From positions 83,220 through 147,219 of the forward strand of contig CAZGNC010000001.1 of assembly GCA_964527235.1 (NCBI GenBank): 64,000 nucleotides of DNA, read 5' to 3'. Positions 37,927 through 48,321 of this stretch are shown piece after piece; position 1 is the stretch's first letter; every line of letters starts with the position of its first letter. Origin of the DNA: an uncultured Candidatus Saccharibacteria bacterium (GTDB lineage: Bacteria > Patescibacteriota > Minisyncoccia > Phycocordibacterales > UBA9973). Both the position numbers and the translations under genes were made by a program. Below the pieces are notes generated by a model. It was not told the DNA's origin, did not search any database, and worked only from the letters and a program-made list of their open reading frames with translations.

Positions 37927-40900
37927 ATGAAATTAAGTAACAAAAAATTGAGCGGGAAAAAGGGTCCTAGAATGCTTTTCGGCGTTCAGGTTTTTTTCAT
38001 AACTTTTGCTCTAATTTTAAATTTATTTTTCACAAGTTTTGCTAACGCTACTGCTGGCGTTCCTCTAGTCATAAATTTTCAAGGACGATTGATGGATAAT
38101 GCGGGTGATCTTTTGGGTGGACCTTCTGGAACAGACTATTGTTATAAATTTTCTATTTATGACGCTACCACTGGAGGATCTAAAATTTGGCCGACAGGTT
38201 CTCCTTCGACTATGACCATCGTAACTCGTGAAGGAGTCTTCGATGCAAGTATCGGAGATACTGGTGCTGGAGGCGATGCGTTGGATTTAGCTTTCACTGA
38301 CGACCAGGCATATGTAAATGTTGAAGTTGCAGCTAAGGTGGGTGGCTCATGTACTACAGGTGGTGATGAAGTTTTCGAAACTCTATCACCTCGTCCGAGA
38401 ATTGTTTCTTCGGCTTTCGCTATAAATTCTAAAACTGTTGGAGGATTCACTCCAGCGCAATCCGCAACCAACAACCAGATTCCAGTTCTAACTTCTGGTT
38501 CACTTATACTTAGTCACGCAACTACTGCTGGTATAACCTCGTCAGGCGCAAACCCTCTTGCAGTAGATGCCGGTGCTTCTGGGGTATTAAATATTAACGG
38601 AACTTCAACAGGAGACATTCTAATCGGTGGAGGTTCTGGTTCTACTGGTTGTACGATTACTAACTCCTCTGGAGCATTTGCTTGTTCTGCTGGTATCTCG
38701 GGTACTACTGGCACTTTCTCAGGAGCCATCGCTGCTAACGGAGGCATCACATTCGACGCATCTACCGACACCATCGGAGCATTCACTGCAGCAGGGACGA
38801 TCGACATGAATGCAAACATCATTACCAACATCGGTAATGCTGGCACAGACTTCACAGCAACAGGAGGCTTAACATTAGACGACATACTCACAGTTAATGA
38901 CGACCTTACTGTTGCACTTTCAGGAAATGAGAACGTAGAGATTACTGATGGAGCTACTCCAACAACAGACATATTAAGCATCATAGCTGATGGAGCTTCA
39001 ATCACTAATGATGCTAACGCTTTAGAAATTGACTTTACCACAGGTGACGGAGCTAACGTAACTCAATCAGGATTACAGATTGATCTAGCTTCTGGAGGTA
39101 CTGCTTCTGGAGATACCATCTACGGTATCCATTTAACCATGGATGCAGCCGATGCTTCAACCCAAGACGCAATTTTCGTAAATGGTAACTTCGATACTAT
39201 CCTCGGTGGTACGACTGCTGGCACTTCAATATTCGACTTCACCAACTTCGATGTTACTTCTGCGGGAGCTATTTCTGGACTTAGTTTAGATCTTACAAGT
39301 GCAACACAAGCGACGATTAACCTAACTGATAGTGGTGACACATCTGGTCTTGGTATTATTAACTTTAAAGGAGGAGCTACTACAAGATTTCAAATACTTG
39401 GTAGAAACGATGTAACTACCGGCAATACTTTAACTTTCACCGATGGAACCAATGAACTTGTAAGAATTACCGACAATGGTCGTGTGGGTATCGGATCAAC
39501 TGACCCTGAAGACCTCCTCGAAGTTCAAGGAGCCGAAGCCACAGATTCAGTGTTAGTACTTGATGCTGACGATGGTGATGATGCTGCTGACACATGGTTT
39601 GTAAAATCTGTTGCTACAAGTAACTCTCTTTCAATACTAAATGATGTCACAGAAAGATTCGCTTTAACTTCTGCAGGGAATCTTCAGTTTGATGGAACAC
39701 TTACCTCAGGCTCCGGCAACACCGTCCTCACTCTCTCTACCGGTATGATTGATGCAGATGCACTTACTCTAACAACAGCCGCAGACGGAGGTACAGGTAC
39801 TTCTTCAGGCTCAGGACTTATTGTAAGAAGTGATGGTATAGGATTACTACAAGGTTGTACTGATGGACAAGTGCTGGCATGGGTAGAGTCTACTGATACT
39901 TGGGATTGTGCGACAGCGAGTGGAGGAGTATCTGACGGAGACAAGGGAGATGTAACAGTTTCGGGTTCTGGGGCAACCTGGACTGTGGACTATACTTCTT
40001 CTGATGGAGTAGGTGGCACCTCAACATCTGGGGGGCTCGAACAAGGCACAGGAGGCATAGGATTATTACAGGGTTGTGCTGATAATGAAATTTTGAAATG
40101 GAATGATGGCACTTCTGTCTGGGCGTGTGCTACTGACGCTACATCTGCTGGTGCTGGAGTTTCTACAATTCAAGAAGGAGATAGCACCATAGAAGGTTCA
40201 GCTTCGACTATAGATTTCTTAGCTGCTGATTTTACAGTTACAAGTTCTCCAGCCGGTGAAGCGAACATAGTAATTGATTACACAAACTCAGGAATAACTC
40301 GAAACAGCCAGAACGAAGCAATAACTGGTGACTGGGGCTTTACTTTAGGAGCGGGAGAGGCTATAGATTTTGTTGCTGGGGCTGCGCCAACTGTAGACAT
40401 GGTAGAAATTGGAAATACTGGTCAAGGGACCACTACTACTGGCGTTGATGGATTAGAAATAAATTTCGTAACAGCAGCGGTGGCTGGTTCAGTAGAGAAC
40501 TCTGCTTTAGAGATTATCCTTGATCCTTCAGGAGCCACAGAAGCAGGAGATCAAGTTAATGCTGTTGACATAGCCAACATAACCAATCCAACAGGGCTAA
40601 CTACAGGAGTGAGAGTTGGTAGTGGGTACGATGTCGGTATCGCTTTCAGGGATTCTGCTGGAGATTATGTAGGATTTAAAGCTCCTGCAGATGTAACAAC
40701 AACTACGACTTGGACACTACCAGCTGCGGATGCTGCGGGATGTTTTAAATCTGATGGCTCTGGAAACATGTCTATAAGTTCTTGCGGTGATACTAAGGTT
40801 CAGGTCTATGATTCCAACACTACTTATACAGTTCCCGCTGATGCTCAGATGATAATAATTGAAGCTATCGGTGGAGGAGGATCTGGAGGTGGTGGTGCGC

Positions 40901-43740
40901 TTGGCAACATTGCTCAGGTTGCGGGTGGAGGAGGTGGAGGAGGTGGAGCTTACTACCTTGGAACTTTCGCAGTGAGTGATCTAGGAGGAGCAAACTCAGT
41001 GCTCCAGATTACAAGAGGTGCAGGAGGATCTTCTCCTAACTTAACAGTTGATGGTAACTCAGGAGGAGCGAGCTGTGTTTCTACATCTTCTTCTTGTGGA
41101 GGTACTGTTTATCATCGAGCTTACGGCGGTGGCGGTGGATCGGCTTCAGCTAACAACACTGCAAACGGTGGCGGTGGAGGTGGTGGAGGAGGAGGTGCTA
41201 CAAGTGCTGGTAACAATGCTGCTGCGGCGAACCGTGTCGGAGGTACAGGAGGTCTGCCGGGTCCTGCTGCTGTGGGTATTGCCTCCGATGGACTTGGAGG
41301 AGGAGGAGGAGCGACTGGAGCCGGAACTGGTGCCGATGGAGGTAACTCAGGCTGGGGAGGTGCAGGAGGAGGAGCGTCATCTACAAACGGTGCTGCGACA
41401 ACTGGACGTGGAGGTAACTCAGCGCGTGGAGGTGCGGGTGGCGGAGGTGGTGCTTCCTGTACGATTTCACCTTGTACTACTGCACGTGTCGGGCAGATTG
41501 GAGGATCTGGCGGAAATGGACAATTTGCTGGAGGTGCTGGAGGTACTGCTCCTGGAGGAGATGGATCAGCGGGAACAAATGCCGCTGCGAATAGTGCATT
41601 TGGAGGAGGTGGAGGAGGTGGAGGAGGTTCTAACCAGGCAGCTTCTGGTGTCCCAGGAGATGGAGGTGCAGGAGGTGTTCCTGGCGGAGGAGGTGGAGGA
41701 GGTGGAACAGCGATTAACAACACTGCCTGTGCTGCCAATTGTCAGGGTACAGGAGGAGCCGGAGGTAATGGGCGCGTGAGAATCACTACTCTACGTGGAG
41801 CCGGAGCAGACTTGGCTGAAATGTATGCCACAAATGACGACGAACTTAAGGCGGGTGATGTTGTTGCGTTAGATCCAGAACTTAAGGCGGGTGTTAAAAA
41901 GACAACTAGGGCTTATGATCCAAACGTGATTGGTGTTATTTCCACGGATCCAGGAATTACTATAGGTAACATTGACCAAGATCCTACCGCTCGTCCAGTG
42001 TTGCTTGCCCTAGCGGGTCGTGTGCCGGTGAAAGTAAGTATGGAAAACGGACCTATTAATCCGGGAGATTTATTGACACCTTCTTCTGTGCCTGGAGTTG
42101 CGATGAAGTCTACTAAAGCAGGAATTATTATAGGGCAAGCTCTTACCAAATTTGATCAATCGATAGTAGACCTAGGTGACGCACCACACCCCACAGGATA
42201 TTTGATGATGTTTATAAAAAATAGCTATGCTAATGGAAGTACATTAGCTCAAGTAATACCAGGCCTAGAGTTATCTGACGGTCCGCCAATTGCCACAGAA
42301 GAAGATAATAATATTCCAAGTGAAAATGATGCTGGTGTTGCAAACAGCGAAGCCGATACTGATCCACCAGAATCAGAAGAGGGTTCTACAGAGCTTCCAA
42401 TACCAGAAGTGACTGCGAAAAATGATGTTGGAATTTTTGCTCTTAAATATTTCATGGATAAAAAGGGCGAACTAAGCGAGTCTGTAAGCTTCTCTGAAGT
42501 TATGGCAGACAGAGTTAGTGCTGGACTTGAAGTTATTACTCCTACTCTAACTGCAGACACTGTTCGAACTAACACGATAACCACTTCAACGGGTAAAGAT
42601 ATAAATTTGGTTTTGGGCCCAGATGGTAAGTTTGTAATTGGAGGATCTTCTGAGGTCACTACTAATGAAGACGGCTCAACTTCGACCATAGAGACAGAAC
42701 CACCGGTGATCACCTTTGACTCTCTAGGTAATGCTATATTTGCAGGCAAAATTACCGCTAATGAAATTTCTATAAATTCTGTAGAGGGGATTCAGTCGAT
42801 AATCGCGCAGTTGTCTCAATTAAGCCAAGGTCAAGCTGGACTCACATTAACTGCGTCTGCTCTCGATGCGCTTACTTTAGCCTTAGAAGAGAGTAAGAAT
42901 AAAATTCTTGGTTTAGAGACCACAACCACAGACCTAGCGACTCGACTTGGAGTTATTGAAGTAATGTTGAATGCAAATGCTTTCGATGCACTGACCTCTC
43001 TCACTACTGGCAACTTAGCAGTGTCGGGAGACAGTACTTACACAGGGCAAGCACAATTTGACGGACTTTCATTCTTCAATAACGAAGCGAAGTTTAGTGG
43101 CTTGGTAACTTTTGATCAAGAAGTTGAATTTAAAGCCCCACCATTGTTTAATAAAGATACTGCTGGGTTCGCTCTTATTCATGAGGGAGACAGGAGAGTT
43201 AGCGTGACTTTTGACAAACCTTATGTTATGACTCCTATAGTGAATGTTAGTATGTCGTTTGAGACTACAGACAACATAGATGATGTCTCTGCGATGTCGC
43301 TCTTTGACTCAGATATACGTTTTGTTACTTTAGACAAAAGTAATACAGGGTTCACCATACTTTTGAATCAAAATGCACCTATGAATATTAGGTTTTCGTG
43401 GATAGCATTAGGGGTACGTGATCCTAAGATTATAGAGAGTATTGCTGAAGGTTTAGTTATTAATCCTCCCGAGACAAACGATGACACTATCCCAATTCCA
43501 ATACCTGTACCCAACAATAACCCTGCACCAAGTCCCGAAGTTGTACCATTAGAGAATCCTTCTGGTGGTGTGGAGATACCTCCTACCGGAGACACAACAG
43601 GAGGCGTGATTGAAGACTCTACTTCTACGGAGGAGATTGTACCCGAGCCTGAGCCTGAAGTTGAAGATTCAAGTGAGCCTCCCGCGCCAGAGTCGTCTGC
43701 GGACTCGAGTAGTCCTGATGGTGGAAGCACTGCACCATAG
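37927..43740 (+). CDS. 1937-aa exported tail-fibre-like protein with Gly-rich domain and peptidase G2-like intramolecular chaperone domain
   Basis: Signal peptide ending ANA; INFQGRL N-domain; GRVGIG; two GIGLLQGC...W.C repeats; poly-Gly block; GADLAEMY...GDVV...GVIST.PG...GRVPVKV...GDLL; coiled coil; acidic Pro-rich tail. Confidence 0.8.
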   Translation: MKLSNKKLSGKKGPRMLFGVQVFFITFALILNLFFTSFANATAGVPLVINFQGRLMDNAGDLLGGPSGTDYCYKFSIYDATTGGSKIWPTGSPSTMTIVTREGVFDASIGDTGAGGDALDLAFTDDQAYVNVEVAAKVGGSCTTGGDEVFETLSPRPRIVSSAFAINSKTVGGFTPAQSATNNQIPVLTSGSLILSHATTAGITSSGANPLAVDAGASGVLNINGTSTGDILIGGGSGSTGCTITNSSGAFACSAGISGTTGTFSGAIAANGGITFDASTDTIGAFTAAGTIDMNANIITNIGNAGTDFTATGGLTLDDILTVNDDLTVALSGNENVEITDGATPTTDILSIIADGASITNDANALEIDFTTGDGANVTQSGLQIDLASGGTASGDTIYGIHLTMDAADASTQDAIFVNGNFDTILGGTTAGTSIFDFTNFDVTSAGAISGLSLDLTSATQATINLTDSGDTSGLGIINFKGGATTRFQILGRNDVTTGNTLTFTDGTNELVRITDNGRVGIGSTDPEDLLEVQGAEATDSVLVLDADDGDDAADTWFVKSVATSNSLSILNDVTERFALTSAGNLQFDGTLTSGSGNTVLTLSTGMIDADALTLTTAADGGTGTSSGSGLIVRSDGIGLLQGCTDGQVLAWVESTDTWDCATASGGVSDGDKGDVTVSGSGATWTVDYTSSDGVGGTSTSGGLEQGTGGIGLLQGCADNEILKWNDGTSVWACATDATSAGAGVSTIQEGDSTIEGSASTIDFLAADFTVTSSPAGEANIVIDYTNSGITRNSQNEAITGDWGFTLGAGEAIDFVAGAAPTVDMVEIGNTGQGTTTTGVDGLEINFVTAAVAGSVENSALEIILDPSGATEAGDQVNAVDIANITNPTGLTTGVRVGSGYDVGIAFRDSAGDYVGFKAPADVTTTTTWTLPAADAAGCFKSDGSGNMSISSCGDTKVQVYDSNTTYTVPADAQMIIIEAIGGGGSGGGGALGNIAQVAGGGGGGGGAYYLGTFAVSDLGGANSVLQITRGAGGSSPNLTVDGNSGGASCVSTSSSCGGTVYHRAYGGGGGSASANNTANGGGGGGGGGGATSAGNNAAAANRVGGTGGLPGPAAVGIASDGLGGGGGATGAGTGADGGNSGWGGAGGGASSTNGAATTGRGGNSARGGAGGGGGASCTISPCTTARVGQIGGSGGNGQFAGGAGGTAPGGDGSAGTNAAANSAFGGGGGGGGGSNQAASGVPGDGGAGGVPGGGGGGGGTAINNTACAANCQGTGGAGGNGRVRITTLRGAGADLAEMYATNDDELKAGDVVALDPELKAGVKKTTRAYDPNVIGVISTDPGITIGNIDQDPTARPVLLALAGRVPVKVSMENGPINPGDLLTPSSVPGVAMKSTKAGIIIGQALTKFDQSIVDLGDAPHPTGYLMMFIKNSYANGSTLAQVIPGLELSDGPPIATEEDNNIPSENDAGVANSEADTDPPESEEGSTELPIPEVTAKNDVGIFALKYFMDKKGELSESVSFSEVMADRVSAGLEVITPTLTADTVRTNTITTSTGKDINLVLGPDGKFVIGGSSEVTTNEDGSTSTIETEPPVITFDSLGNAIFAGKITANEISINSVEGIQSIIAQLSQLSQGQAGLTLTASALDALTLALEESKNKILGLETTTTDLATRLGVIEVMLNANAFDALTSLTTGNLAVSGDSTYTGQAQFDGLSFFNNEAKFSGLVTFDQEVEFKAPPLFNKDTAGFALIHEGDRRVSVTFDKPYVMTPIVNVSMSFETTDNIDDVSAMSLFDSDIRFVTLDKSNTGFTILLNQNAPMNIRFSWIALGVRDPKIIESIAEGLVINPPETNDDTIPIPIPVPNNNPAPSPEVVPLENPSGGVEIPPTGDTTGGVIEDSTSTEEIVPEPEPEVEDSSEPPAPESSADSSSPDGGSTAP

Positions 43741-43757
43741 TTGTTAATTAAAATAAT

Positions 43758-44753
43758 ATGGAAGTTACAAAAAATAAAAAAAATAATATTAAATCAGCCA
43801 CTCTGTGTATTATTGTTTTTTTTGTTGGTTTTTTTGTGCATAATTTCTTTCCAAGAGATCATCACTTAGAATGTGAACCCGATAAGTTTAGGTATATCAA
43901 TATTGACTTTGTCTGCAGTAAAAAACCAGTAGTAGAAAAGTATGCATATGCAGCTCTTAAAGGAGAGCTTATGGGCATGATCCAGCAGTCGAAAGAAGAA
44001 AATAAAATTACTTCAGCTTCTATCTACTTTAGAGATTTGCAAGGGGGCCCCACTATGGGAATCGAAGAATATGTTAAGTTTTCACCAGCTAGCTTATTGA
44101 AATTGTCAATGTTGTTGACGTATCTATCTTTAGCTGAAGCAAATCCCCAAATTCTAGAAAGGCAGTTTTCCTTCTCGCGTTTCGAGGAGGAGTGGAAGCA
44201 GTACTATCCAGCTCAGCAACAAATTCAAGAAAATATATCATATAGCATCAACGACATGCTGAATTTTATGATACGTTTTTCTGATAATCGTTCTTATTAT
44301 GCACTGTTGGATTATTTAACTGAATTGAGTCCCAATGAGAGTATTTTACAGAAAACTTTCTTTGACTTAGGAATTGTTGACCCAAAAGATTTTATAGATC
44401 AAACTATCTCCGTGAAGGCCTACGCTTCTATATTTGTGGGTCTATATAATAATGCATTTTTTAGTGAAAAGGAGACTTCAGAAAAGGCTCTCGAAATACT
44501 TGTACGCACAGATTTTAACGAAGGCCTAGTGAAAGGCTTGCCTCCAGGTATGGTGGTGGCGCATAAATTTGGTGAAAGAGATGGGCTTCCAGGAGGGATT
44601 AAGCAGCTGCATGATTGTGGCATTGTTTATTTCCCTGAGAATCCATATCTGTTGTGTGTGATGACGAGAGGTAAAGATTTTCAAAAACTATCAGATACTA
44701 TAGGTATTATTTCTGCGATGGTGTATAAAGAATTTAACGATAGAAGTATCTGA
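43758..44753 (+). CDS. Membrane-anchored serine hydrolase, class A beta-lactamase-like fold
   Basis: ASLLK (SxxK), SDN, HKFG, HDCGIV. Confidence 0.85.
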   Translation: MEVTKNKKNNIKSATLCIIVFFVGFFVHNFFPRDHHLECEPDKFRYINIDFVCSKKPVVEKYAYAALKGELMGMIQQSKEENKITSASIYFRDLQGGPTMGIEEYVKFSPASLLKLSMLLTYLSLAEANPQILERQFSFSRFEEEWKQYYPAQQQIQENISYSINDMLNFMIRFSDNRSYYALLDYLTELSPNESILQKTFFDLGIVDPKDFIDQTISVKAYASIFVGLYNNAFFSEKETSEKALEILVRTDFNEGLVKGLPPGMVVAHKFGERDGLPGGIKQLHDCGIVYFPENPYLLCVMTRGKDFQKLSDTIGIISAMVYKEFNDRSI

Positions 44754-44756
44754 TTT

Positions 44757-46799
44757 ATGATTAAAGACAAAATAGTGTGGCAGAAAATTTCTAAATATGT
44801 TGTTTTCTTTGTACTGCTTTCATTTCTAGGTTTATTAATTACCTATAAAATACCCCTCCCAGCGGCGGAAGATTTACCTCGCCAGATGGCCAATGGGCGA
44901 GATATTTTACAGGGGAATTTTGAAGTTCTAACTAACAACTTTTATTCTTATACTGAGCCTAGTCACTATTTTGCCAATCACCATTGGCTTTATGGAGTAT
45001 TTGCGTATTTACTTCACGGGGCTGTTGGGTGGAGTGGAATGGTGATATTTAAGATCCTATTCATTTTTGCGACCTTTACACTATTGTTTTTAACGGCCTT
45101 AAGGAAAGCGGACTTTTGGTTGGTTTCACTATTTTCTGTGCCTACTATAATCATGATAGCAGGTAGATCTGGGTTGCGTCCTGAGTTGTTTGGGTATTTT
45201 TTTGTTGTTGTTTACATTTATTTTTTGCTTAGATTTGAAGAGAACCCAAAAAGCAACAAAATTTTCTGGTTGATTCCAGCTCAGATATTGTGGGCGAATC
45301 TACATATAACTTTCCCTATCGGAGTCATGATAACTGGCGCCTTTCTATTGGAAAAAATTATTATTCGACAAACAGCTTGGTCCTGGAAAAGGCTTAGCTT
45401 AGAGGGGTTAAGGCAAATTTACAATGATGTAATTGTGAAAAAGCTCGTGGCCCTAGTTGTTTTCCTGGCTATTGCGAGCTTCGTCAATCCGCTTGGAATA
45501 GGCGGTGTAATTTATTCCCTAACGGCCAATGTGGGAGCTGATTCTCTCGTGAAAAGCTCCGAAGTGCAAAATATATTCTCTACTATTGATGATATTCCTA
45601 AATGGGCTAGTACTCCTGTAGCTCTTGTTATTCCTATTATTATAGTAACTCTAGCCAGCTTTGTTGTCGGTTTTAAAAAGAAAAATATATTCTTCTTTTT
45701 AATGTACTTAGGTGTATCTGTGTTGGCGTATGTGATGTTAAGGGGAGCTCCATTTTTGGGAATTGTATTTCTACTTGCTGCTTCTGCTAATTTTAACGAT
45801 GTCTTTATTAAAGGTAAGTATTGGGTGATGGAGAGAATAAAAGTAAATAGAGAATATGGGGAAATTATCCTAAATGCAGTATTAGTTCTTTCTGTTGTAT
45901 TGTTTGTTTGGGTAAATCATGTTGATTTTTTATTTGGTCGTGAGTTGGGAGTAGGGCTCGAGAGGAACTCAGAAGATTCTGCTAGGTTTTTCATTGATAA
46001 CAATCTCAAAGGTCCAGTTTTTAATGATACGGACATAGGTAGTTATCTATCTTTTTATTTATATCCTAAAGAAAGAATATACACAGATAATAGATTTGGT
46101 GATGCATATTCGGATAATTTTTTCAGAAATAGTTACGTGAATGCAGTTACAAGTGAAGCTGATTGGCAAGAAGTTTCTGCAAAATATAAATTCAATGTTA
46201 TTTTTATGTATCAGTACGACCAAGGATACAATATGCGGGACTTTCTTTTCAGAAGAATACGAGACAAGAATTGGGTCTTTGTATATGCGGACAGATTTAG
46301 TGTGATTTTAGTTAGGAATATACCAGAGAATAAGGATGTCATAGAAAAATACGCAATCAATATAGATAATATCGATAAAAGATTAGCTCATATGTCTGAG
46401 CATTATGATGGTTATAACCAAGTTGCTGTGGCGGACATCTACGCTCTTATGGGTGAGCCTGCTTGGGCTATGGCTAACTATGCTGTGGCAGTAGCCGAAA
46501 ACCCAAGATGGGCCAAGATATGGTTTACCATGGGAAAGATGGAATTGCAGAGAGCTGATTGGGTTGGTTCTAATCCTGCCTTGGCGTTGATGTATTTACA
46601 CCAAGCCATAGATAGGGGATGGAAGACTACGAATTCTTATAGTTTTTTGGCTCTAGCGTATTATAGGCTCGGGCAGCTCGATAAGGTTGAAGAAGCTGTA
46701 AAGGAAGAATTAAAGATAAATCCAAAAAGTGAAGACGCCCAGGCGTGGTTGAAAACAATTGCACGTGAAAAAGCTAAAAGACAAGAAAATGCAAAATAA
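44757..46799 (+). CDS. Polytopic membrane protein (GT-C-like) with C-terminal TPR
   Basis: DL...GR, NHHWL, RPELF, WANLH, NPLG motifs; more than 10 TM helices; TPR-like helices at the end. Confidence 0.7.
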   Translation: MIKDKIVWQKISKYVVFFVLLSFLGLLITYKIPLPAAEDLPRQMANGRDILQGNFEVLTNNFYSYTEPSHYFANHHWLYGVFAYLLHGAVGWSGMVIFKILFIFATFTLLFLTALRKADFWLVSLFSVPTIIMIAGRSGLRPELFGYFFVVVYIYFLLRFEENPKSNKIFWLIPAQILWANLHITFPIGVMITGAFLLEKIIIRQTAWSWKRLSLEGLRQIYNDVIVKKLVALVVFLAIASFVNPLGIGGVIYSLTANVGADSLVKSSEVQNIFSTIDDIPKWASTPVALVIPIIIVTLASFVVGFKKKNIFFFLMYLGVSVLAYVMLRGAPFLGIVFLLAASANFNDVFIKGKYWVMERIKVNREYGEIILNAVLVLSVVLFVWVNHVDFLFGRELGVGLERNSEDSARFFIDNNLKGPVFNDTDIGSYLSFYLYPKERIYTDNRFGDAYSDNFFRNSYVNAVTSEADWQEVSAKYKFNVIFMYQYDQGYNMRDFLFRRIRDKNWVFVYADRFSVILVRNIPENKDVIEKYAINIDNIDKRLAHMSEHYDGYNQVAVADIYALMGEPAWAMANYAVAVAENPRWAKIWFTMGKMELQRADWVGSNPALALMYLHQAIDRGWKTTNSYSFLALAYYRLGQLDKVEEAVKEELKINPKSEDAQAWLKTIAREKAKRQENAK

Positions 46800-47535
46800 T
46801 TTCAATAATAAAAAAGTTGTTGGTGTAATTTTAGCTTATAAACATGCTAGCTTTTTAAGAGACTTGTATCAGAAAATTCCTTTTGGAGTGGTGGATAGTG
46901 TTTTTATAACCAATGATGATTCTGGAGATGGGATAGAAGAGATTGCTCGAGAATTACAAATACCATGTTTTAGTCATGCACGACTTGGCTATGGTGGCAA
47001 CATGAAGTATGGTATGCAGAAAGCCCTAGAGATGGGTGCGGATTATGTTGTGGAGATTCATGGAGATGGGCAGTATGACCTTGCTTTTGTCGAACTTGCA
47101 ATAAAGAAAATGGAGGAGGAGAGGCTTGATTTAGTTTTAGGTAGTAGGTTTTTGAACTCGAAGCAGGCTTTGTGCGATGAAATGCCTATTGAGAAATATA
47201 TAGCCAATGTTGGTTTGTCTTTGATAGAGAGATTGGTTCTTGGGGTTGGGATTACTGAATTTCATACAGGGGCTAGGGTCTATAGTAGAAAAGCTATTGA
47301 AAGCGTTGATTTATCAAGAACTTCCAATAATTTTCTTTTTGGGTTTGAGATAATAGCGCAGATTATTTATCATAATTTGAAAATTGGCGAAGTGCCAGTT
47401 AGGTGTTATTATGCGAAAGAGCATACTACAATTGGCTTTAAAGATAGCGTTGTATATGCATTATTGAATATGAAGGTCTTATTACTTTATGTTTGGGCTA
47501 GGCTTGGTTTTAATACTAGGTTATTTCATAAATAA
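46789..47535 (+). CDS. Glycosyltransferase family 2 (polyprenol-phosphate glycosyltransferase-like)
   Basis: NDDSGD, LGYGGN, HGDGQY, LGSRF, EFHTGARVYS. Confidence 0.9.
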   Translation: MQNNFNNKKVVGVILAYKHASFLRDLYQKIPFGVVDSVFITNDDSGDGIEEIARELQIPCFSHARLGYGGNMKYGMQKALEMGADYVVEIHGDGQYDLAFVELAIKKMEEERLDLVLGSRFLNSKQALCDEMPIEKYIANVGLSLIERLVLGVGITEFHTGARVYSRKAIESVDLSRTSNNFLFGFEIIAQIIYHNLKIGEVPVRCYYAKEHTTIGFKDSVVYALLNMKVLLLYVWARLGFNTRLFHK

Positions 47536-47541
47536 TTTTTA

Positions 47542-48321
47542 ATGAGTCACAACAATACAATGAAAGGAGTTATCTTGGCGGGCGGCCGAGCGACAAGGTT
47601 GCACCCATTAACTTTGGTGACCAACAAGCATCTATTGCCGGTTTTTAATAAACCTGTAATTTATTATGTTATAGAGAAAATGGTTAGGTTAGGTATAGAT
47701 AAAATAATGATAGTCACTTCCCCAGAACATGTTGAAGACTTCATAAAGTTACTTGGCTCAGGCGAGGGTTTCAAGCCTAATGGTAGAGGAAGTCAAATAC
47801 AGATAGTCTATGGTATACAGAATGAACCCAATGGAATCGCGCAAGGTTTATGGATTGCTAAGGATTATGTCGGCCAGGATGCGTGTATGCTGTGTTTAGG
47901 GGATAATATTATCGAAGATGATTTAGAAAGCCAAGTTAGAGGTTTTACAGAAGGATCTGCGATATTTTTAAAGGAAGTAGAAGATCCTAGTGCTTTTGGT
48001 GTTGCTGAAATAGATACAAATGGTAATGTGTTGGGGATAGAAGAGAAACCTAAAATTCCAAAATCTAATTTTATTGTTACAGGTGTGTATTTATATGACA
48101 ACACTGTCTTCGATAAATTTGAAGGTATACAGAAATCAGATAGGGGTGAATATGAGATAAACTACATAAACAATCAATATATCAAAGAGGGGAAGATGAA
48201 GGCGCATTTTTTACATAAAGCTTGGTTCGATACTGGAACTTTTGAAGGATTGGCAGAAGCGAATAAATATATGGAAGAAAAAGCTAAAACTATTGATAGT
48301 ACTAAATCACATGACATATAA
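47542..48321 (+). CDS. rmlA: Glucose-1-phosphate thymidylyltransferase
   Basis: GVILAGGRATRLHPLT...NKHLLPV, LGDN, EEKP, RGEYEI, WFDTGT. Confidence 0.92.
   Translation: MSHNNTMKGVILAGGRATRLHPLTLVTNKHLLPVFNKPVIYYVIEKMVRLGIDKIMIVTSPEHVEDFIKLLGSGEGFKPNGRGSQIQIVYGIQNEPNGIAQGLWIAKDYVGQDACMLCLGDNIIEDDLESQVRGFTEGSAIFLKEVEDPSAFGVAEIDTNGNVLGIEEKPKIPKSNFIVTGVYLYDNTVFDKFEGIQKSDRGEYEINYINNQYIKEGKMKAHFLHKAWFDTGTFEGLAEANKYMEEKAKTIDSTKSHDI

Noticed and set aside
41048-41779. Pro-rich antisense and Glu/Val-rich alternate-frame ORFs; PE-PGRS or collagen call
   Set aside because: By-products of GGN codon runs in the fibre gene; no PE domain and no Gly-X-Y periodicity
43758-44753. Antibiotic-resistance beta-lactamase
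   Set aside because: The fold motifs are present, but the protein is membrane-anchored, has KFG for KTG and shows no clear omega-loop Glu166; resistance is not supported
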